Of a stretch of 64,000 nucleotides of DNA, positions 19,203 to 36,587 are shown piece by piece. Location: assembly GCF_009914755.1 (NCBI RefSeq), contig NC_060925.1, one strand, 5' to 3'. The translations under genes were made by a program, and so were the position numbers. Source of the stretch: the human T2T-CHM13v2.0 reference genome, Homo sapiens. The notes under the pieces were generated by a model that searched no databases, was not told the origin of the DNA, and saw only the letters and a program-made list of their open reading frames with translations. How positions within the stretch are numbered: the first letter of the stretch is position 1; every line of letters begins with the position of its first letter.

Positions 19203-22200
19203 CACGTGTGTGGTTACCATAAGGCACATAGTAAACATTTTATAGGTATAGCAGTCTGTTTTAAGCTGATAATGAGTTAACTTCAATTACAGATAGAACC
19301 TCTACATTTTACCGCCCCCCTCCAACTCTATGTAATTGATGTCAGATCTTACTTCTTTCTATATTGTGTCTCCATTACAATTTTTCTGTGGTTATACTTA
19401 TGTGAAATGCTTTTGTCTTTTAATTTATATACTAGTGTTAAAAACTGTGTGCTACCATTACAGTATTACAATACTCTGTCTTTATTCTTACCTTTATGAA
19501 TGAGATTTATACTTTCATATGCTTTCATGTTGTTGTTTAGGATTTTTTAATTTCAATTCAACTTCCTTTAATACTTCTTGAATGAGAGGTCCAATGGTGA
19601 GAAACTCCCTAATTTTTTTTTCTAGGAGTCTTTGTCTCTATTTCATTCTTAAAGGACATCTTTTCTAGGTCGAGTAATCATGGTTGGCAGTTTTTTCTTA
19701 GTATTTTGAATATATCATCAAACTCTCTACTGACTTGCAAGGTTTCTGCTGATAGTTTTGTGGGGGTTCACTTATATGTGACGAGTTACTTTTCTCTGCT
19801 GTTTTCAACATTCTCTTTGTCTCTGACTTTGTATAATTTAATTATAATGTTTCTTAGTATAGGCCACTTTAGAGTCAATCTATTAGAAGACTTCATAAAT
19901 CTGGATATTCGTTTCCCTTCCTAGACCTTGTAATTTTCCACCCTTTATTTCTTTGCACTTGTTTGTACTTTTATTGTTTTATTATTATTTTTTAAGTGGT
20001 GAAGTCAAATTTAATTTTTTTAACTTTTATTTTAGAGTCAGGGGTACATGTGAAGGTTTGATATATAGGTAACAATAACAATAGTTATTTCTTTCATTTT
20101 ACTAATTTTGGGTTTGGTTTGTTCTTGCTTTTCTAGTTTCTTGAGATACATCATTTTCTTGTTTATTTAAATCCTTTCTACTTTTTTGACATGGACATTT
20201 ATTTTTATAAACTTCCCTCTTAGTACTGCCTTTGCTGTGTCTTATAGGTTTTGATATGAGGTGACTCCATTTTCATTTGTTTGAAGAAATTTTCAAAAAT
20301 TTCTTCTGAATTTCTTCATTGACCCATTGGTCATTCAGGAGCATATGGTTTAATTTCTATATATTTGTTAGGTTTCAAAAGTTCTTGTTATGGATTTCTG
20401 GTTTTATCTCATTGTGGCCAGAAAAGATACTTGATATAATTTTGACTTTTTTGAATTTACTGAGACTTGTTTTGTGGTCTAACATATGATCTATCCTGAA
20501 TAATGTTCCACATGCAGTTGAGAAGAATGCATATTCTGTATCAGAAGGAGAAAATGTTCTTAAAATATTACTTAGGTCCATTAGGTGTAGAGTGTAGTTT
20601 AACTCAAATTTCTTTTTTTTAAATTTTATTTTATTATTATTACACTTTAAGTTTTAGGGTACATGTGCATTGATTTTCTGTTTGGATAATCTGTTCATCA
20701 TTGAAAGTGGGTTGTTAAAGTCCCCTACTATTATTGTATTATAGTCTATTTCTCTCCTTAGATCTATTAATAATTACTTTACATATTTGGGTGGTCTGAT
20801 ATTGGTTGCATATATATTTACTACTGTTTATGTAATGAACTTCTTTGTCTTTTTTTACAGGTTTTGCCTTAAAACCTATTTTATCTAAGTATAGGTAGCT
20901 CTGCTTTTTTCTTTTTTGGCTTCCATTTTTGCACAGAAAATCTTTTTTCATCCCTTTACTTCCAGTCTATGTGTGTGTGTATATATGAGGTGAGCTTCTC
21001 ATAGAAAGTATATAGTTGGGTATTGTTTCCTAATCCACTTAACCAGTCTATGTCTTTTAATTGGAGAATTTATTGCATTTATATTCAATGTTATTATTGA
21101 TAATAAGGACTTACTACTGCCATTTTGTTACTTGTTTTCTCTTTGTTTTGTAACTTTTCCCTTCTTCCACTCTCACTGTTTTCCTTTGTGGTTAAGTGAT
21201 TTTCTCTGGTAGTATGTTTTAATTGCTTATTTTTATTTTTAGGATATTTATTATAAATTGTTGCTTTATGGTTACCACGAGGCCTATAAAATCATCTTAT
21301 AGTTATAACAAGTTTTTTATCAGCAGATAACTACTTCACTTTGATCATAAAGTAAAGAAAAGAAGCAAACACAAAGAAAAACTTAAAAACTTTGCACTTT
21401 AACTCCACCTCCCCATATTTTGGCTTTTTATTCTCTCGGTTTACATCTTTTCATAACTGCATCTTTCTTAACAAAATTTTGTTGTTATTATTGTTTTGAT
21501 AGCTTTGTCTGTTAGTCTTCATACTAAAGATATGAGTGATTAACACACCACAATTACAGTATTAGAATATTCTGAATTTGTCTCTATACTAACTTTTACC
21601 AGTGAATTTTATATCTTCTGATGTTTTCCTGTTGCATGTTAGCTTCCTTTCAGACTGAAGAACTCCCTTCAGTATTTCTTGTAAGACTGGTCTGGTGGTA
21701 AGTCATATCCTCAACTATTATTTATCTCAGAAAGTCTTTATCTATTTTTCATGTTTGAAGGCTAGCTTGCTAGATACAGTATTATCATTTGGCAGTTTTC
21801 TTCATTAAGCACTTTGAATATATTATCTCACTCCTTCCTGGGTATGATTTCTGCTGAGAAGTCTGTTGCCCAATGAACTTGAGCTTTTTCATATGATGTT
21901 GCTTCTTTTTTATTGCTGATTTTAGAATTCTCTCTTTGACCTTGACCTTTGAGTGTTTGTTTATTATATGCCTTGGTGTAGTCTTATTTGGGTTGAATCT
22001 ATTTTATAATCCTTTATAATCCTTGACAATCCTTGACTTTTCTGTACTTGCATATTTATATTTTTCTCTAGGTTTGGAAAGTGTTACTGTATTATCTCTT
22101 TGAATAAGCTTTCTACCTTTTGCCTCCTTCTCAATTCCCTCTTAAATGCCAATGACCCTTAGGTTTGCTCTTTTGAAGCTGTTTTCTAGACCTCGTAGGC

Positions 22201-23453
22201 ATATTTCATTTTTTAAAAATTATTTTTTCTTTTTTCTTCCCTGTGTGTTTTTAAATACCCTATCTTCAAGCTCACTGAACCTTTCTTCCACTTGATAAAT
22301 TCTGCTGCTGAGACCTTCCAATGAATTTTTCAGTTCAGCCAAAGTATTTCTGAGTTCTAGGATTTCTGTTCTTATTAAAAATTATTCTAATCTCTTTGTT
22401 AAATTTCTATGATAAATTTCTGAATTGTTTTTCTCTGTTATCTTGGAGTTCACGGAGTTTCCTCAAAATTACCATATTGAATTCCTGATTTGAGAGCCCA
22501 CACCATTGCTCCATTGCCTATCACCGGATCTTTGCTTTGTCCATTTGGGGAGGTCATGGTTTCCTGTTTGCTGTTGTTTCTTACGGATTTACATTTCTGT
22601 CTTTGCACTAAAGGTTTAGCTATTGATTCCAGTCTTCACTGTCTGGATTGCTTTGGTCTTTCTAGGCTATGCATGTTTAGAGGTTCTGTGTGGTTTGCAT
22701 GTTGAGTTCCCTTAGCCCCGGACTGCTGCCTCCTTTTTGGCACTAGATGGTGCCCTAAGTCCAAGTTTGCCACAGCTCTCAAAAAAGTTTGGAGAACTGC
22801 CTGTGTCAGATGGGGGGCTGTGTGGCAGGAGGAGTCCCAAAGGAGATTCCTTGGTTGTGTGTGGAGGCTGGGTAGAGTTTTGTGTCCTGAGGACCCATGA
22901 AGAATGCCTCCTAGAGCCCGGTGCTGCTGAACTGCTCTTCTGGTTTGGTGTCTCTTTTTGCTGAGCTGAAGAGCAGCCCTACATTTTGCACCCTGGGATT
23001 GCTATCCCTTCTCCACTCTCTCTCTCTCTCTCTCTTTTTTTTTTTTTTTCAGTCTAGCCGCCTTTAGGATATTTCTCTCTACAGGCACTTGTGATGCTTC
23101 TTGAGTTGAGGCAGAAATGGCAGTCCTGCTAAGAAACCCAAGATGGTGGGGAAGCCTGCTGTCTTGCCTGCCTTGATCTCACTTTTTCCATTGGTGAAAC
23201 CCTAAGTCTAGGGGGACTTTTCCATGTAGTGCCTGGCAACTTAGGTAGGGGAGGCATATCAAAGAAACTGAAGTTCATTTCTCTTACTTTCTGCTTGTAG
23301 TTTTTCACTTTTCTGTGGTCTCAAAAATCATCAAAAGGCCCAGTTCTTGGTTACTGGTGATGATAATCTAGGTACTGGATAGTTGTTTTTGGTTTTCTGT
23401 GGGGAACACTGAAGCTAGATTATTTCTATTCTCCCATTTTGACGACATCACTC

Positions 23454-24008
23454 TTGAGAATACAACTGTCATTTATTAAGCCAGACATTAATGAGATTTA
23501 CAAAATGCATCACAATGCCTCTCCTCTCACTAAGCTTACTTTCTTTCTTTCTTTTTCTTTCTCTCTCTTTTTCTCTCCTTCCTTCCTTCCTTCCTCCCTC
23601 CCTCTCTCTTTCCCTCTTTCTTTTCTTTTTCTCTTTCCTTACTATGGTCTAGCCTAGCACTTCTGGCCTCAAGCAATCCTCCCACCTTGACCTCCCAAAG
23701 TGCTGGGATTATAGGCATGAACCACCACATCCAGCCTTACTAAACATTTTTTGTTTAGGTAAATGCTTTTAATAAAATATAGTATTTTAAAAATATGTTA
23801 TTTATACAAACATGCAATAAATGTATTATTTTTATTTTAAATGAATTAGAAAATATATTTTAAATATTTCATTTTAATTTCTAGTATAGTAAATATATAT
23901 ACACAAGTTTGTGTGAGTGCATCCCACATAAGCAAAAGCATTTTAAAATGTATTCAATAATTTTTAAGAGTGTAAAAAAGCCCTTAGACCAAATTTTGAG
24001 AACTACTG
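23454..24008 (+). mobile_element. Charlie1 fossil, right part (contains FLAM plus CT tract at 23536-23736, minus strand)
   Basis: TTATTAAGCCAGACATTAA...; ends TTTTGAGAACTACTG. Confidence 0.8.
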
Positions 24009-24339
24009 ATATACTTCATAAATTTTACATGCATTGTTTCAATTTAACCTCAAAAAACAGATTTGTGAAATAAACAGGTCTAATCTTATATCTCATTCTG
24101 AGTTGTTTAATGCTTTATCCTCAGTGCTTGAACAGCGCCTGTATATTCTAACTGCTCAATAATATTTGTCGAAAGAACAAATATAAGGAAACCAAGATAA
24201 AAACAAAAGTTATTGAGATGTGTTTCACAACATGAATACCCTTAACACTATTGAAATGTACACTTTAAAATGGTTAAGATACAAAATTATATGTCTATTT
24301 TTTAACCACAAATTAAAAAAAAAAAAGAAAAGAAAGATA

Positions 24340-25500
24340 TTGGGTAAGGTTAGAGTTGAGAAGACTTTTCACCTTGTGTGATATGTGGAGATAAGCATTA
24401 TTACCTGAGGTTAGATCCACAGACGCTTTGGCAATAGTCTAATCAAGCACTACAAGAGGCAATGGGCTAAGCTTATTATCATGTTCTTGTGCAAGGATTC
24501 TCAAGGCCTGATTATTTCTTTCAGGTACAAATAGGGTGAAATGTTTTTAGTAACTGGGCAATCCCAAAGCAGGGAGTTTTTATAATGCCTGTTTTAATTT
24601 TACAACGTCCTGGTTCATGTTTTTCTTCCCAAGAAAGGGGTTCAGGGACTAAGTGTTTAGTGAGTTCATACAGTAAAGACCCTAAGAGGGGAAAACTAGA
24701 GACCCCTTGATGACAACATCTAATTAAACCTAAGAACCTGGAAAGTTTCTTCTTAGTTACCAACCTAGGAAATTCCTGGGAAAGCTTAACTAGCAGACAC
24801 CAGATCTGGATGCCTGCGGCACTCAGATCATGTCCTAAATAGTGAACAGCATCTATTGATACTTGTAATTTGTCTCTGGAGACCTTAAGTCCCTTTTCTG
24901 CTAACTGCTATAATAAATAGAAGGAATCCTGCTGGGATGCCTCCTTAGTAAGTGAACAAAGTGAGATGTCATTGGTGTATTGAAGGAGTCAACCCTCTAG
25001 GAGACTGGAGGATGCTCAAGTCTCGACAGAGTACTTAAGAGAAATAGAAGGGGGTTTCAATGAACCCCTGAGACATGACCCTCCAATACTGTTGATTATT
25101 CCAGGTGAAAGCAAACAGGATTGACTGTCAGAGTCATCTGGAATGTTAAAGAAAGGCTGAACATGTTACAGTTTACAACTGTAAACCATTTAGAATCTGG
25201 GGGAACTTGTGACAAATGACCGTTAGGGTTTGGAACCACTGGGAAACAGCATAACTATCCTGTTAATGGCTCTTAGATTCTGAACAAATTGCCATCCTTA
25301 TCCATTAGGTTTTTGTACAGGTAAAATCGGGGTGTTACAAAGGCTGCTACATGGAATAATTAATCTTTGAGCAATTAAGTCTTCTATCATTGACACTGGG
25401 ACAAGACTTTTTACGGCCTCAGGCTTTAACGGGTATTGCAGTAATTGAGGAAGGGGTTTAGTGAGGTCTACTTGAATTTGAGTGCTCTGCACTTTTTATT
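24340..25500 (-). pseudogene. pol: ERV class I pol (RT) remnant
   Basis: QYPLKPEA, CNTPILPVQKPNG, WQFVQNLRAIN, FAFTW, LQYTND (decayed YxDD, ~24969-24985), KKLSRFLGL; multiple disablements. Confidence 0.85.
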
Positions 25501-25548
25501 CTTCCAAGGTCAGTATTTAATGTGGCTCATAGCAATTGGGTAGTTCAG

Positions 25549-25990
25549 TTAGACTGGGGCATTTTGTGGACTGTCCTCTTCCTCTATGTGTAGGACAGAC
25601 CGCAAAGTCCATATGAGATCTGGCTCAGGTGGGTCAGAAAATTCCAGAGTCACATCTCCACTAGAGGCAAACCATATCAGACCTTTTAGCTTAGACAGAA
25701 GGTCTCTGCCCAATAAATTGACTAGAGCTGTGTCAAACAACAAAAGAGAATATTTTTCAGTGAAAGGGTCTAGAGTCGTTTGTGTAGCATAAGACATGAA
25801 TTCCTTTTGAACTTGATTTGAAAACCCCACCACTGAAATTCTGTTTTACTACTAGGGAGAAGTTATTCTATAAAAGTAGTGTTTAAGCTGGAACCAGTAG
25901 CTCTGGTGTCAACTAAGATTGGAAAAAAAATCTTCATTAATTTTTATCTGTGTATCCCCTTGATTTTTCAAATGAATAAATGGCAGAAGC
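25549..25990 (-). pseudogene. pro: ERV protease remnant
   Basis: ILVDTRAT (~25897-25919; decayed DTGA) and NLLGRDLLSKL. Confidence 0.85.
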
Positions 25991-26029
25991 TTACTGGACC
26001 TTCCCTTGGAGGTCTGTCTGTCCACTGGT

Positions 26030-27725
<1,696 letters not shown>

Positions 27726-28536
27726 TGAAACTACCTTTGCAAAGATTATGCCAATGAGAAAAGCCAAGCATGGCTGACTCCACCTTGTTTCTAGCCTCAC
27801 AGGCTGGCTGTCCTCACTCATTCCTAGGTGTAGGCCAAGCTAATTGTAGGAGGAATTTAGTTTATAGTTTAACATTGAAGCAAGGATAATAATAGTCCTT
27901 CCCTAAAATAAACCCCATCCTTGTTTACGGACCGAAATCACCTTTGTAAGACGAATGAAAGGACACAAGATTAGGTTTGTGGGAGGAGCCTGGATTCTGC
28001 CAAAATGAAGGTGTAGCTAAACAATAAACAGCTATTACCTTCTAGCCTGATGTTCTATGATCCCTTGCTGCTCAGGAGTCATGTGGCCATAGCTCACAAG
28101 TTTTGTTACTTCCCCAATTGCTCCTAAAGTTAACATCACTATTGTAAAACCTGAGATTGGTCTTTTGATGTGCTTTCTTCATACTTTTGCATTCTCGCAA
28201 CTGACTGACTCCGTCTGGACCCAGAACTCATGACTCAACCTATCCTGTGGCCCACTCAGAGATGGACTCAGCACATGAGGACCATTTTTCACATTCCTGT
28301 GATTTCACCCCCAAACAATTAGCGGCACCCATTCTCTAGCCCCTTGCCCACCAAATTATCCATAAAAACCCTAGCTTCTCAGTTCTCAGGGAGGCTGATT
28401 TCAGTAATAATAAACACCTGTCCTACCATTTGGCCGGCCTTGTGTTAATTCAGTTCTTTCTTTACTGCAATACCATTGCTTCAGTAAATCGGATTTATCG
28501 GTGCAGCAAGTGAGAGGAACCTGTCTGGCAATTACA
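27726..28536 (+). mobile_element. LTR8-family (LTR8A/B-like) solo LTR
   Basis: TGAAACTACCTTTGCAAAG...CAATTACA; AATAAA; 4-bp TSD ATTA. Confidence 0.85.
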
Positions 28537-28969
28537 ATTAACAATTCCATTTTTATGTTGGATTTTGGGTGTCTCAAAGCTGTGATATTTGGATTTGAGA
28601 TATTCTTCACCAACTTAGTCAATGTTTTTCTTACCTTGGTGTGCAAAAAGAAAATAAGAAAAAGCCTTGCAATAATAACCGCTTACTACAACTGCCGTCA
28701 TTTACCTTAAAAACTGGCTTTTTGCCAGTGATTCAGCAGTCACTGCAAACCCAAATGTCATATACCCTGCCATAGCACCAACTAACCCTTGGTACTCCAA
28801 AAGCCAAAGATGTCAGAGAGCTCAAATGCAAAGGAGAGCAGAGCTCGGACCTAAGCGGAACTCACAACTCTCAGGGCTCCATGAAGAAGACAGAGTACCT
28901 GAAAGGGGATCAGTGACACCTTTCCTGTGTTCTACAAGGGGTCTCAGGGTCATCAGCAGTCTCCTGCAG

Positions 28970-28987
28970 TTCCCTTCATGGTTGCCA
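28970..28987 (-). promoter_or_regulatory. Retroviral primer-binding site (tRNA-Arg-like)
   Basis: Minus strand reads TGGCAACCATGAAGGGA, 4 nt after the LTR; similar to TGGCGACCACGAAGGGAC. Confidence 0.7.
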
Positions 28988-28991
28988 GATC

Positions 28992-29461
28992 TGTCAGAAA
29001 ACAAAATGTTTACAGGAAATTTAAAGTTCTCATTTGGCTTCATTTGTGACTCTAGAATTAGACAACACTTCATTCCATAAACAGCATGAGTGCTTCAATG
29101 AGCCAAGCAGAAGAGGGGTAAAGAGCACTTAAACAAAGAAAAAAAAAGTAGACTGTCATTTTAAAGTTACTTTCCTTGTAGAAGGGAACACGGTGGTTGA
29201 CATCAGGTTACTTCAAATTACTTTTTTGTAAAGAATAAAACAGAAGAAACTTCATCACTATGCCAACTGAAACTGACTTGTTTGAGATTCTGGCTGCTAC
29301 CTCTCACTCCTGATTTCTTAGAAAGTCACACAACAACTTAGTTTTGGTTTGGTGGCATAGAACTTTAATACGAGTGACTCCATTTTGGTTTTGTCTGGTC
29401 TTTGCGGCCTAGTGCAGAGACTTAGTCCAAAACAATGGCCTCCTACAATTTTAATTTAACA
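28992..29461 (-). mobile_element. MER31-like (MER4-group ERV1) 5' LTR
   Basis: Minus strand TGTTAAA..GGAGGCCATTGTTTTGGACTAAG..GCACTAGGCC..CCAAAATGGAGTCACTC ... CTGACA; 470 bp. Confidence 0.75.
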
Positions 29462-29830
29462 AAGGAAAATTGAGATTTTCTTGATGAAATAATAATTAGC
29501 TGGACTGAGAAGAGAGAAAAGGGATGGAAAATAATGAGAAGGCATGGAAGGAGAGACTATGTCCACTAAACTACAAGCTGTTGAGTGTGGCCAGATCTTG
29601 GGTTACCTGTGAAGTTTAGAGAGAAGATAAGACTGGGAAGGTTGGCAGGAGCCAGATGATGTACAGCTTTGGGCTTGGGTTTGATCTGGAAGTTGATGGG
29701 AAGCTACAAATTTTCATATTAGAAAGCTCATTGTGATGGCATTGGGGAGGATATATTGGGAGACATGAGACTAACAGCAGAGGTTCAGCGAGGCTTTGGT
29801 AGGAATCTAGCAAGAAGTAGAAAAGCCCTA

Positions 29831-30693
<863 letters not shown>

Positions 30694-30726
30694 TGGGCAT
30701 TTGAATAAGCATTGAACAAGCAGAGT

Positions 30727-31020
30727 TGCCTGGCATGGTGGCTCCGCCTTGTAATTCCAGCACTTTAGGAGGCTGAGAAGGGAGGATCAGCTGAGCCTAG
30801 GAGTTTGAGACCAGCCTAGGCAACATAGTACGACCTTGTCTATACAAAAAATAAAAGTTATCCAGGCATGGTGGTGCACGCCTGTAGTTCCAGCTACTTA
30901 GGAGGTTGAGGTGGGAAGATCACTTGAACCCAGGAGATCAAGGCTGCAGTGAGCTGTGATTGCACTATTGCACTCTAGCCTGGGCAATAGAGTGATACCT
31001 TGTCTAAATAAACAAATAGA
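30727..31020 (+). mobile_element. AluJ
   Basis: Diverged dimer. Confidence 0.9.
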
Positions 31021-31029
31021 CAAGCAAGC

Positions 31030-32050
<1,021 letters not shown>

Positions 32051-32505
32051 AGGGCTCAAGATTTTCTTTCTTTCATCTTGTCTTTCTGTTTGTCTCTGTC
32101 TTTTTCTTTCAAGTTTCAATGGGAATGACTTAAGCTCCTTTAAATATTGAGAGGGTAAAACCTAGGTGAAAACACAGGCTGATAGTAAGGACGAATGGAT
32201 CTAAATGGTGGAGCAAATTTCTGAGAGTGGCTCAAGAGATTAATCCTGGACAGAATTGTTCACTAATGAAAGAAACATAAACAAGCCACGGTGCAGAGCT
32301 AGATACGTGTTGGAGGTGAGGCAGGAAGTTGAGAGTGTTGCTGCATCAGATTTCAACTTGAAGTAACAGCACTTTTAAGATCTGCTACTCATTATTGTGC
32401 TGGTAACTATGACAGACTTAAATATATATATATATATATTTTCATTTCAAAGCAAGAATGAGTTATAAGGTATGTAAGTGAGATACTTGATATTTGAATA
32501 TTACT

Positions 32506-32812
32506 GGCTGGGTGTGGTGGCTCACGCCTGTAATCCAAGCACTTTAGGAGGCTGAGGCGGGCAGATCACTTGAGGTCAGGAGTTCGAGACCAGCCTGGCC
32601 AACATGGTGAAACCCCGTCTTTACTAAAAATACAAAAAATAGCCAGGCATCATGGCGCATGCCTGTAATCCTAGCTACTTGGGAGGCTGAGGCAGGAGAA
32701 TCGCCTGAACCGGGAGGTGGAAGTTGCAGTGAGCCGTGATCACACCACTGCACTCCAGCCTGGGCGACAGAGGGCGACTCAATCTCAAAAAAATAAAAAT
32801 AATAATAGTAAT
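32506..32812 (+). mobile_element. AluSx-like
   Basis: Dimer with (AAT)-type tail. Confidence 0.94.
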
Positions 32813-34004
32813 AAAAATTACTTATAGAGGTGAAGTAATAACAGGAATATTATTATTAAAGGAGTCAGGAAAGAACTCTAAGGTGATCGGTAATCTATTT
32901 ATCTAGTAACATCCAGATTGATGGAATTATTGAAAAGTTTAAAGATTCATTCTGATCGGCAACTTATTAGAATGGGAGCTGAGTAGAGAAATTTAGATAA
33001 GTAAATAGACTGCCAAAACATTGCAAAAATAACAAAATCAATAATAACTAACAACAACAACAACAAAAATCTTGACCACAATAACAATTTCTGAGATACT
33101 TGTGAAATAAAATTTGAGTGTTAAGTAAAGTGTATGAAGTTCTTGATTTTGCTAAAATTTTTCAAGGGACAATAGATTAAAAAAATTAAAAATGAATAAA
33201 ATGTTTTAATCTTTGATAGGTGAAGAAATGGGGGCATTTCTATTATGACCTCAAAACTAAGAAAGTCATTGGTTACACTGGTGCATAAAATTACAGATGA
33301 AGTCAGTGCTGATTTTTTTTTTTATATTATGCACACTATTCCTGTTGATTTCTTCCCACAATGCATAATCAGGCCTATTATTTTGAAATAGACTTTGGAA
33401 ACATTTTTGAAGCTCTGTGTCCTGTAAAAGGAGTGAAGTGTTGCCTCTGAAATATCCCTTAAAAATTACAGTTCTTTGAATAATAATGAGAAGTCTGTGA
33501 TACAGTTTTGACCAAAATTAGCATTACCCAGACTGATTAGCAATTATAGTCATCAGCTGTGATGACAAATGACCACTGTCTGTTAAAAAGGAAAATCAAA
33601 CATCCCCAAATTAGAAATCTATGCTGTCATTGGGGATATTCAGAAAAATGCAATCCTGACTTAGTTGGCAGTTCTTAAAGGGGTACATGAAAACTATTTT
33701 TAAAATTATTATTGGAATTAAGGTAATTTCTAGCCAGTTTTTATTTTCATGAGCACAACATTAATTTACTTAAATTGCCAGTTCTGATATGTTTGTTAAA
33801 GTCAGGTTTTCTTTTTATAGTCATTTTTTCTATTCATTGTTTTTAAAATGATCACTGAGAAATTAATCTATACAGACATATAAATACATGGTTTGTGAAA
33901 ATTCACACTGTATATGTGTGCTTGTGTAAATGTATTGATAGATCTATAGATATAAGCAGAGAGAAATGTTATTTATATGTCTAATGTAGTTTTAATGTAA
34001 GTGA

Positions 34005-34375
<371 letters not shown>

Positions 34376-34484
34376 CACATCTCATTCTTTTTAATGGCCA
34401 CTTAGTATTCTGTGGTATGGTTATGCTAAAAATTATTTAATCATTCTTCTACATTATTGAAATATTCGTATACATACATACTCT

Positions 34485-34660
34485 TAAGAGAGTGCCTGGC
34501 ACAGAGTAAGCTCTCTATGTGCTAGATCTTATGACTATTGCTATATTTTATTGTGATTATTATTAATACATTGCAGATGAGAAAACTGAGTATCAGAAAG
34601 ATTGGGTGACTTTAACAAGATTGCATGGGTAGTAGAAAAGACAGAATTGGAACCCAGGAC
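34485..34660 (-). mobile_element. L2 tip / MIR fragment
   Basis: GTGCCTGGCACAGAGTAAG; CAGATGAGAAAACTGAG...GAACCCAGG. Confidence 0.65.
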
Positions 34661-35259
34661 TTTTAAATTTTATAAGAGGCAATGACAATACCTGTGTCAG
34701 GTTAAAGAAAAAAAAAGGAAAGAAAGAAAAAGAGGTCTAAAGCATACTCTGGGAGAATGGAGAGAAAAACAACTGTGTGATGGAGTCAGGAAAGGACTTC
34801 GTTTGAGCTGATCACTATTCCCCTCAGACTAAAACAAAGTGTTTGTCCATCTGAAAGTGCTGATCTACAGTTTTGAGACAGAGGGCAGTGGATGGACAGT
34901 GGATGGGTCGGGTTTTGGCAATGAGAGGGAGCTGATTTGAATTAGAGGAAGTAAAAAAGTATGGGAGAGTTCTGTGGGGAATCATTAGGACTCCTTAGGA
35001 GATAACAGACGATTCCAAGCAGCAGATGAGGTGAAGTCGAACTCCACTGGACCTGTGGTGGGTGTGGCCAGCGTCATCCATCCAGAGTGAACCCCAACAG
35101 GAGCCACTCCGGGGCTGGGGCAGGCGGATGATCTGCAGACAAGGCTTTTAATGGGCTATGTTTGGGAAAAATATATTTTATATATAATAGATTATATTTG
35201 TAAAGACTTGTAGTTTCAGGATTTCATACAAATTAGCTTTCCAGTATTGAGCCACTGCA

Positions 35260-35700
35260 GTTAGGGCCCGGTCTCTGTCCAGCAGGCTGGGTGCCAAGTT
35301 CAGTGTCACAGCGTTCAGCAGGTGAGACACTCTTAATAGGCAGACACGGTGCCTCTGAACGCACAACGTGCAGTAAAGGAAATGCAGGCAATCCCTGTAA
35401 GGAGGAAGTGGTTAAGGGATCGAAAGCAGCTTGAGACTTGTGCAATGCAGTCATTGTCACCGAAAACTCCAAATGCGTTTTCATTTTCAAATGCTGAATT
35501 ACACACAGGATTGCACAAGGAAAGTCTCAGAAGACTTCCAACCAGAGAGCCTTGATTCCAACTGGCTTTGCTTCCAAGAGCACATTCGGGACATTTTGAA
35601 AACCTGCCCCCAAAGACAAAGAGGAAGTATTTTGTTGTGGAAATCTGGTGGGTGTTTTTTGTGTGTGAATGGATGAGGAAAACTGCACGCTCGTTTAATT
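35260..35700. promoter_or_regulatory. Candidate enhancer (ETS/PU.1, C/EBP and IRF motif cluster)
   Basis: GAGGAAGTG 35402, AAAGAGGAAGT 35618, TTGTGCAAT 35438, ATTGCACAA 35510, TTTCATTTTC 35479; retained CpGs in unique DNA. Confidence 0.4.
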
Positions 35701-36298
35701 CAATAAGTTAATATCATCTGGCAAAAGCATCTCTCATACAGGAGGGATTGAGGGTTTTTAACAAAACATTTTCCCTATGGACCTAATTAATGATTCACTC
35801 ATTTAGTGTTAATGCACTTACTCATCCTTTAATTTATTACTCAGATATGTTGGCCCCTCACATCCCATTTATCTGTTAGAAACAGTCAAGCTTGCCCAAA
35901 TATGAATAAAGCTGTTCACTATTTGAGACTTGTATTGATTTTAATTATTTTTATCATAAAAATTATGCATGCAAATATAAATGGGGACTAAATTTCTTAC
36001 ACTTCCTTATAGTTTTTATACAACATAAAATAAAAATAAGTCTATAAAATAGAAATCCAAGCAAAATTTGAATCATTAACTTAATCAGATGAGCAATATT
36101 TTACTGCCCACAATAGGCTAGGTGCTGACAGCTATGGCCCAGGTCTTTTTATTTTTATTTTTAATATATAAATTGCATTGTGTATATTTAAGGTATTTAA
36201 CAAGATGTTATGGGATACATATAGATAGTAAAAAGATTACTAGAGTGAAGCAAATTAGCATATACATTATCTTAATTACCTTTTTTAAAAATTTATTT

Positions 36299-36587
36299 TA
36301 ATCCCAGCACTTTGGGAGGCCGAGGCGGGTGGATCACGAGGTCAGGAGATCAAGACCATCCTGGCAAACAGGGTGAAACCCCGTCTCTACTAAAAAATAC
36401 AAAAAGTTAGCCGGGCGTGGTGGTGGGCACCTATAGTCTCAGCTACTTGGGAGGCTGAGGCAGGAGAATGGTGTTAATCTGGGAGGCTGAGCTTGCAGTG
36501 AGCAGAGGTCACGCCACCGCACTCCATCCTGGGTGACAGAGTGAGACTCCATCTCAAAAAAAAAACCCACAAACAAACAAACAAAAA
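36299..36587 (+). mobile_element. AluY, slightly 5'-truncated
   Basis: Starts at ATCCCAGCAC; TSD-like AAAATT(T)ATTTT. Confidence 0.92.

Noticed and set aside
33549-33566. GTCATCA-GCTG-TGATGAC inverted repeat around an E-box
   Set aside because: Too short to exceed chance in 64 kb.
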